Shown here piece after piece: positions 57,760-62,945 of a stretch of 62,945 nt of DNA. A program made the translations under genes and the position numbers. How positions within the stretch are numbered: the first letter of the stretch is position 1; each line of letters opens with the position of its first letter. Source of the stretch: a virus (Duplodnaviria; Caudoviricetes); IMG/VR virus record IMGVR_UViG_3300034257_000004, positions 1 through 62,945 of that record, one strand, 5' to 3'. A model generated the notes under the pieces. That model was not told the DNA's origin and ran no database searches. It saw nothing but the letters and a program-made list of their open reading frames with translations.

Positions 57760-58108
57760 GTACCCCCTTACCCGTGTATATCTCGAACGCTACGGACATC
57801 ATATAATCAATGAACCACGCGCTACCCTCTGAACTCTTATAGAATGCTTTATCCCTCATCAGCTTCATGTGGTCAACCGCCAGGAAGTAGACCTTCTCCC
57901 CGGCTCGCTCTTTTATCCTTATCTGAAACATCAGCTCCGTCATACCGGCGTCCAGTTCATAGAGTTTGTCTCTTAGCTTATCCCAGGCTAACTCTGTGAA
58001 CCGTACCCCCTTGGGTGTCAGCATCCAAACCTTGTAAGCCTCGAGTGTGTCAGGGTCGTAGGTAGTACTCCTGACCTTTAACTCGCGCCCATTGACATCC
58101 GTTATCAC
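57740..58108 (-). CDS. hypothetical protein
   Basis: ORF in operon. Confidence 0.65.
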   Translation of the reverse strand: MITDVNGRELKVRSTTYDPDTLEAYKVWMLTPKGVRFTELAWDKLRDKLYELDAGMTELMFQIRIKERAGEKVYFLAVDHMKLMRDKAFYKSSEGSAWFIDYMMSVAFEIYTGKGVLDGVHG

Positions 58109-58140
58109 TGCTTGGTTCTACTTTCCGTGGTCTGGACATA

Positions 58141-58218
58141 GAAAAGGACCGCTCGAAGATCACGTTGACGGTTCCGCAGCCCCCTCGCGAAGGACAACCA
58201 TCAACCGCTCCGAGCGGT
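58141..58218 (-). ncRNA. candidate ~78-nt structured small RNA or attenuator
   Basis: Starts 7 nt after the -10; nested stems; ends CCUUUUC. Confidence 0.5.
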
Positions 58219-58224
58219 GTATGT

Positions 58225-58253
58225 ATACTACGCCGGTTTACACTTTTTGTAAA
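58225..58253 (-). promoter_or_regulatory. sigma70-like promoter overlapped by the palindrome GGTTTACA-N5-TGTAAACC
   Basis: TTTACA-N17-TAGTAT. Confidence 0.65.
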
Positions 58254-58256
58254 CCT

Positions 58257-58691
58257 TTATTTTTTCCGTGCTTCAAACAGCGTGTTGTCGGGCCAACACC
58301 CCATGACTGAGCTGATGTAGTAGAACTTCGACCAGTCCTTGCGGTCCGGGTCTGACGGATCTAACAGCTCACCATTCTCGTCCATCACTACGGAATGTGT
58401 GGTCTCCGCATCTACGTAGACCGACGTACAAACTATGTGAGCTGGAGCAAAGGGTACCAGCATGTGTTTGTTGGAGGAAGCTATATCTAGGTATCCCTCT
58501 ACCTGCTTGAGTATGAGTGACTGACCGTGGTCCTGAAGGAAAGCTTTGATGTGTTCTAGCTTTACACCACTCCTGTTGAAGTCGTTCAGGAACTCGCGCT
58601 CTATGTCGTCATACGGGATACTGGTAACCATGGCCAGTGAGGCTATGGCACAGCCGTACTCATGTTTCTGTCGTACGTATGTTAGACTCAT
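58257..58691 (-). CDS. C39-like cysteine peptidase
   Basis: VRQ....GCAIASLAMV...HSVV......LDP (Q, C, H, D). Confidence 0.7.
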   Translation of the reverse strand: MSLTYVRQKHEYGCAIASLAMVTSIPYDDIEREFLNDFNRSGVKLEHIKAFLQDHGQSLILKQVEGYLDIASSNKHMLVPFAPAHIVCTSVYVDAETTHSVVMDENGELLDPSDPDRKDWSKFYYISSVMGCWPDNTLFEARKK

Positions 58692-59497
58692 CCTACATCT
58701 CCCAGTTCCGTGGTATCTGAGTCGACACCCTGTTGTGCTGCCCAATGTCGGTTAACGTCTGTCAATATCTGGTCCGCAGTGGTCTTGTCGACAGTACGCT
58801 CCAGGACCTCCTTGAGTGAGTTTGCCATGTCCTTGAACATGTTCACGACTTCCTCGGCGGTCACGTACTTATGACCCTCCAGTGCACGTTTGCGTTCGGA
58901 CTCTACCATCTTGAGCCGCTGAGCAAACATCGACTGTATATCGGACCATGATGACCAGTCCCTGGAGGCCACCTCATAAAGCGCCCGCAACTGTCCATAC
59001 AACGCTGCCCCCTTCTCAGTCAGTGACGGCTCTACTTCTATATACAGAGACTCCAGCAGTTTCCGCGACCGTTCCGTGAACTTGGACCCGCCCTCTGCAT
59101 CCAGTCCCTGCATCAGCTCGGCTATGCGTGCGCCTACTACGTTGATGTCGTCCGACAAATCTAGAGGATCACCGGCGGACACGGCCTTGGCCAGCTTCGC
59201 GTACCTGGTAGGAGCAAACCGCGAGAACCTCCCTGTGGTGTAGGCTGGGTTGAGGGCACCTACCCTGGTCTTGCCTCCATGCCTGGAACAGCCCCTGCGT
59301 CCCACCATCCTGTACTGACTGCATAGCACACCGACGGACTCCTCGTTCCGTGTCGTATGCCGACAGTGCTTAGGACACCTGCCATCTTTGTCTAATACCA
59401 ACGGACAGGGCGCACCCTTCCCGCGTACGAGCCCGCACTTGTCCCCAGGTTTTGAGTCTGCCCCGGCCGATCTCTTCGTTACAACCTTGTCATTCAT
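58688..59497 (-). CDS. putative terminase small subunit (HGGxSTG-type)
   Basis: CSRHGGKT..G..NP...TGRFS followed by helices; GGAGG RBS at 59497. Confidence 0.65.
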   Translation of the reverse strand: MNDKVVTKRSAGADSKPGDKCGLVRGKGAPCPLVLDKDGRCPKHCRHTTRNEESVGVLCSQYRMVGRRGCSRHGGKTRVGALNPAYTTGRFSRFAPTRYAKLAKAVSAGDPLDLSDDINVVGARIAELMQGLDAEGGSKFTERSRKLLESLYIEVEPSLTEKGAALYGQLRALYEVASRDWSSWSDIQSMFAQRLKMVESERKRALEGHKYVTAEEVVNMFKDMANSLKEVLERTVDKTTADQILTDVNRHWAAQQGVDSDTTELGDVG

Positions 59498-59711
59498 TTC
59501 CCGTCCTCCATATATCTGCCGCACTGCCTGCGATGGTGCGAGCCCAATAGCCCGCGCATGAACCTGTCCATCATGACCACGGCGTCGAAACTCTCTGGGG
59601 GACATGAGCACCTGGGCCCCATCGTCCTTTCGTCAAACTGTGGTCTCTCTGGTCTGACCGGCCGCATCGAATCGAATCCGCATCCCGGCCATCCCATTGT
59701 CCAGCCGCCTC

Positions 59712-60062
59712 CTACGCTCTTACCCATTTGCCGTCCCTCACCCATCCATGGTCACCGCAGTGGCAGAGGAAGCTCGGACTCAGCGTGGACGCGCTGTCCG
59801 TGCCGGTTAAGTCCCACTGCGGTCTCTCGGAGTCCGACTTCCTGATGAAGCTGGAGCCCCTCAGCCAGAAGGCACCGCGACAGAAGTCCCTGTCCACGCC
59901 TAGCGCCTTATCGGTCTGCTCGTGTATGTGTCTGTGTATTAGGATGCCACCTGTCCTCTCGCCCTCGTACTGCGTCCACCGTAGCCAGTGTCCGTCACCC
60001 AGGTCCAGGTCGGCATTGTCTGGCATGACCGTGCTCGCTTCTTCTAGCTGTGAGTCGTTCAT
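59712..60062 (-). CDS. DUF6527-like protein
   Basis: W..TG.....TLSPSFL...HGWVRDGKW. Confidence 0.65.
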   Translation of the reverse strand: MNDSQLEEASTVMPDNADLDLGDGHWLRWTQYEGERTGGILIHRHIHEQTDKALGVDRDFCRGAFWLRGSSFIRKSDSERPQWDLTGTDSASTLSPSFLCHCGDHGWVRDGKWVRA

Positions 60063-60292
60063 TGCTCGTCGTCCTCCGTAGCGTCGTCATGGTCTGGTGG
60101 CTCAAAGGCGTGTGCTACCCAGACCCCGTTTTTGTCGACCCCGTCCACCGCTCCGAAGGCATGCGCAGGATGGCTGTTGTCCTCACCACACTCAAGACAG
60201 TCCCCGTCCCAGTCGTGTTGGTCGAGGTGTCCTCTCGCCTGCGCCCTGACCAACTCCTCGTGGTAGTCGTTCATGTCACCGTGGTAGCCCAT
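60059..60292 (-). CDS. acidic His-rich hypothetical protein
   Basis: GAAAGGA RBS; ATGA overlap. Confidence 0.6.
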   Translation of the reverse strand: MGYHGDMNDYHEELVRAQARGHLDQHDWDGDCLECGEDNSHPAHAFGAVDGVDKNGVWVAHAFEPPDHDDATEDDEQ

Positions 60293-60295
60293 CAG

Positions 60296-60520
60296 TCACT
60301 TGTCCTTTCCGTGCAAATCGGCTTGCTCCGCGTCGAACCCCCGCTGCCTCTCCTCCCTGGCGTACTCCAGCCCCTGTTCCACTAGCATCTGAGCCAAGTC
60401 GAAGAAGACCGTCAGGAGGAGGACCAGGAGGGCGAACGCGGCATCCCAAAAGTCCGAGGCTTCGAGGGCTACCCCCAGGCGAAGACAGACCAAGAAGGTC
60501 AGCGCACCCCGCGCCTTCAT
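60296..60520 (-). CDS. small membrane protein
   Basis: GAGG RBS; hydrophobic segments. Confidence 0.55.
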   Translation of the reverse strand: MKARGALTFLVCLRLGVALEASDFWDAAFALLVLLLTVFFDLAQMLVEQGLEYAREERQRGFDAEQADLHGKDK

Positions 60521-60569
60521 GTCCGTTTCCTCGGTCTGTATAGCCAGACCAGCGCCAGGAGGCACGAGG

Positions 60570-61400
60570 CGACCGTCACGACCAGACCGACTCGGAAGCC
60601 GTAGAAGTCCCAGGCACCGTCGGGAAGCACCCTCAGGCCATGTAGCAGGATCTGTAGGAACACGCCGTCACCTCCTGGTCTGAAATTTTCCCGGGGGTAC
60701 TCCCTGACGACCGTCGTCGCCCCGTACAGTTAGGGTATTCCCCCGGAACATCGTGCCGTACCCGTAGACCTTCTAGAGACGGGCCGCTCTTAAGCGAGCC
60801 CAAGCCAACCAGTACATCTGGTACGAACTGAAATTTTTCCGGGACAGGTCTCTCAACCGTGCCCACCCATCCCGGAAACCGGGACCCACGCCAGTAGTCC
60901 CGAAGCCGTAGAACCTGTAGGGAGGAGCCGGAGTCCCCCGCGACGTTACAGGCGAGGACCGCGTAAGCTGGCCCACGAACCGTCGCGTTCGTCCCCCGGG
61001 GATGCGCATCTCGCCGAACCAAAACGGCCCGGAGTCCGCCCGGAAGACCTCCGACCCCCGCGCGCATTGTATCACACAAGCCGGCAAGGGGGAAACGGAA
61101 TTTTTCGCGGGGACGTTGCGTACAGTTCCCTACAACGAAGTGACGAAATCTGTCACCCATTTTATTAAAAACATTCAATATAATTGAACTATGACAAAAA
61201 GTGTCATTTGCTAGTGGCAGAATCTGTCGCTTCATCGACGAAACATCATTTCATTAACAGCAAACTATTGAAAACAAACAACTTATATGTTTCATCCATG
61301 AAACGTTGTTTTATAGACGAACGGCACAACAATTGCATTATATATTATAGATTCTGTTATTCTAGAATCTAAGATGTTTGAAAACTTTAGAACTTAAGCT
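60570..61400. other. non-coding divergent control region (GC-rich repeats, then an AT-rich island); candidate genome end / packaging region and early promoter
   Basis: No credible ORF; separates late (-) and early (+) arms; several repeats and palindromes. Confidence 0.6.
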
Positions 61401-61422
61401 AAGTACAAACTTGGAGGTTGAT

Positions 61423-61638
61423 ATGAACATAGGACAGTTTGCTACAACTTTGCTGAAATCAGGCAAGTCGGCTCAAGAAACCTTAGGTACAGTACAGAAG
61501 GTTTTTCCAGGATGCAAGACAAGTATGAAATGCATCTACTACTATGCAAGTAAAGCCAAGATCAAGCTAGGCTCAGGAGCTGTTGCAGATCAGAAGCTTC
61601 TGAAGGCTGAACTAGCCAAGCTGAAGAAGACTGCATAA
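61423..61638 (+). CDS. stand-alone recurrent HTH-like domain protein; first gene of the early arm
   Basis: GGAGG RBS; MNIGQFATTLLKSGKSAQETLGTVQKVFPGCKTSMKCIYYYASKAKIKL. Confidence 0.85.
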   Translation: MNIGQFATTLLKSGKSAQETLGTVQKVFPGCKTSMKCIYYYASKAKIKLGSGAVADQKLLKAELAKLKKTA

Positions 61639-61648
61639 GGACAGAAGG

Positions 61649-61680
61649 TACAAGACTATCATGGTCTTGTATCTTTTTGT
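61649..61680 (+). terminator. intrinsic terminator
   Basis: TACAAGAC/GTCTTGTA stem followed by TCTTTTTGT. Confidence 0.7.
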
Positions 61681-61714
61681 TGTTTCTATACCACACAAGA
61701 AAGGTCTAGTTGCC

Positions 61715-61882
61715 ATGAAAGAAGAAGATAAGGATGAACAAGACAGTCAGACGGAGCTCATGCAGGAACAGATGCTGCAAGACATAACGCCTCAGGTAGA
61801 GGCATGCCAGGCTAGCTGCGGAGACGAGCTGGCAGTCTGTATAAGCAAGCATGAGGAAGCATGGTTGCAGGCCAGAAGGTAA
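61715..61882 (+). CDS. small acidic hypothetical protein
   Basis: GAAAGG RBS. Confidence 0.55.
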   Translation: MKEEDKDEQDSQTELMQEQMLQDITPQVEACQASCGDELAVCISKHEEAWLQARR

Positions 61883-62385
61883 GGTACAACATGGACATGC
61901 GAGGAAGACTGGGTGAAAGAGCCCAGAAGGTCAGGCTATCTAGCGGGTTCATGCACTATGGACCGCCTAGGTCTACACAGGTAAGGCCAGGTAGAGCTCA
62001 GGCCGATCCTGAGGCGCTCAGGTTAGCTCTGATGGAGCTAGGTGTAGCTACTACAGCAGGTAGCACACAGGACAGCTCAGAGGAGCGATCTGTGCACAGG
62101 TTAGCCTACATAGATGATGCTGATAATCTAAGACTGCTCAAGGCTGCTACGGGCAGGCGCAGAAGGTCGAGACATAAGGTAGATCTGAGGTGTGCCGGCC
62201 AGGACGAGTACGGGAAGCGGATATGTGTATGCGGAAAGGCCGAGCTCACTGAGGACTGCAAGACCATGGGCCCTGAGTCGCCCAAGGACTTCAGGCCACA
62301 CCAGGCACACACGGTCAAGATGATCTACAGGATAGGCACGGCTTCAGATGGTAAGGTGTGGCACAGACAAGGACCACTAGATTAA
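61861..62385 (+). CDS. hypothetical protein (start may be 61891)
   Basis: 174-aa ORF in the early arm. Confidence 0.6.
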   Translation: MVAGQKVRYNMDMRGRLGERAQKVRLSSGFMHYGPPRSTQVRPGRAQADPEALRLALMELGVATTAGSTQDSSEERSVHRLAYIDDADNLRLLKAATGRRRRSRHKVDLRCAGQDEYGKRICVCGKAELTEDCKTMGPESPKDFRPHQAHTVKMIYRIGTASDGKVWHRQGPLD

Positions 62386-62413
62386 CCGAGGGTACAAACG
62401 AATCGAGGTAGTT

Positions 62414-62503
62414 ATGGAAGCACTAGAATACGTGGTAAACGGGTTCGTGTTACTGGTAGCGTTTGGTTGTATATGGGCAGACCATAGGAGCACGAGGAGA
62501 TGA
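62414..62503 (+). CDS. 29-aa single-TM peptide
   Basis: Hand-translated MEALEYVVNGFVLLVAFGCIWADHRSTRR; GAGG RBS; ATGA overlap with the next ORF. Confidence 0.45.
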   Translation: MEALEYVVNGFVLLVAFGCIWADHRSTRR

Positions 62504-62838
62504 GCTCGGAATATGAAGGCGAATACCACGACTTCGAGTATACAGGAGAAGAGCGTAGGGCCCAGGTGCGCTATGTAGAACAGACGCAAGAGAGCGTACA
62601 AGCACAGATGGAGGAGGATGGTATGCACACGATGGCGGAGGCTATCAGGATCTCAGGGGCAAGTACCCCGAACAGGCGGGTCCGGAGGGCTATAGCAGCG
62701 ATGAGCAGGGATGCCAGGGTTGAGGAGGAGCCCGAGGTCCTAGAACTGGAGCCCGAGGTTCCCGGAGAAGCCAGGCTGGTCTGTACGGACGGGATAGAAA
62801 GGAAGGTCTGGCGGGTAGGGAAGAAGCGGAACCTGTGA
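62500..62838 (+). CDS. hypothetical protein
   Basis: GAGGAG RBS. Confidence 0.65.
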   Translation: MSSEYEGEYHDFEYTGEERRAQVRYVEQTQESVQAQMEEDGMHTMAEAIRISGASTPNRRVRRAIAAMSRDARVEEEPEVLELEPEVPGEARLVCTDGIERKVWRVGKKRNL

Positions 62839-62945
62839 AGGCCTGGTTTTGAAGAAGCGGATCCTGTCAGGAGGGCTTTCTCTGGCATGGGTGCGCAGTC
62901 AATCCTGCTTCGCGCGTAGTGCATGGCGCGTTACGCACGCGTGAG
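62819..62945. repeat. 127-bp direct repeat identical to 1..127
   Basis: Exact match. Confidence 0.95.

Noticed and set aside
60633-61372. ORFs in the control region (60633..61235, 60773..61087, 61002..61187, 61184..61372)
   Set aside because: No RBS, atypical composition, no motifs
61646-61655. AGGTACAAGA as another early RBS-linked motif, and ATG 61661 as a start
   Set aside because: Both lie within a terminator stem; the downstream ORF more likely starts at 61715
303-62924. Numerous antisense ORFs in the six-frame track
   Set aside because: They are shadow frames of the coherent operons, lacking RBSs and motifs
1-62945. Stop-codon reassignment suggested by the many TAG words; also tRNAs, reverse transcriptase/DGR, introns, inteins
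   Set aside because: Core genes are intact in code 11 and TAG is used as a stop; no cloverleaf, RT motif or split gene was seen

Overview
The window is a complete, circularly assembled ~62.8 kb tailed dsDNA phage genome with siphovirus-like morphogenesis genes. The 127-bp terminal overlap looks like an assembler k-mer. No integrase, tRNA, rRNA or CRISPR array was seen, so the phage is probably lytic. Layout: an AT-rich divergent control region (~60.6-61.4 kb); a + strand early arm of small hypothetical genes (61.4 kb across the junction to 13.3 kb, including an AAA ATPase, DUF932 and HNH); a - strand replication/nucleotide block (RuvC-like, NinG-like, DnaB, initiator, dCMP deaminase, MazG-like fusion); a + strand block (PolA, two EndoVII, Toprim, ERF, PD-(D/E)XK); and a long - strand late arm (terminases, thymidylate synthase-like, endolysin, head, tail, membrane proteins). 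The most striking observations are: (1) a ~48-aa HTH-like domain that occurs twice, flanking a GNAT-like motif, inside the tape measure protein and also in two stand-alone early proteins and (remotely) on an AAA ATPase; (2) an RF2-type CTT-TGA-C +1 frameshift site joining the tail chaperone ORFs; (3) a thymidylate synthase with the Asn-to-Asp change that specifies dCMP; (4) several promoter-proximal structured RNAs and a recurrent GGTACAA motif before early RBSs. All functional calls come from motifs read by eye, not from database searches.
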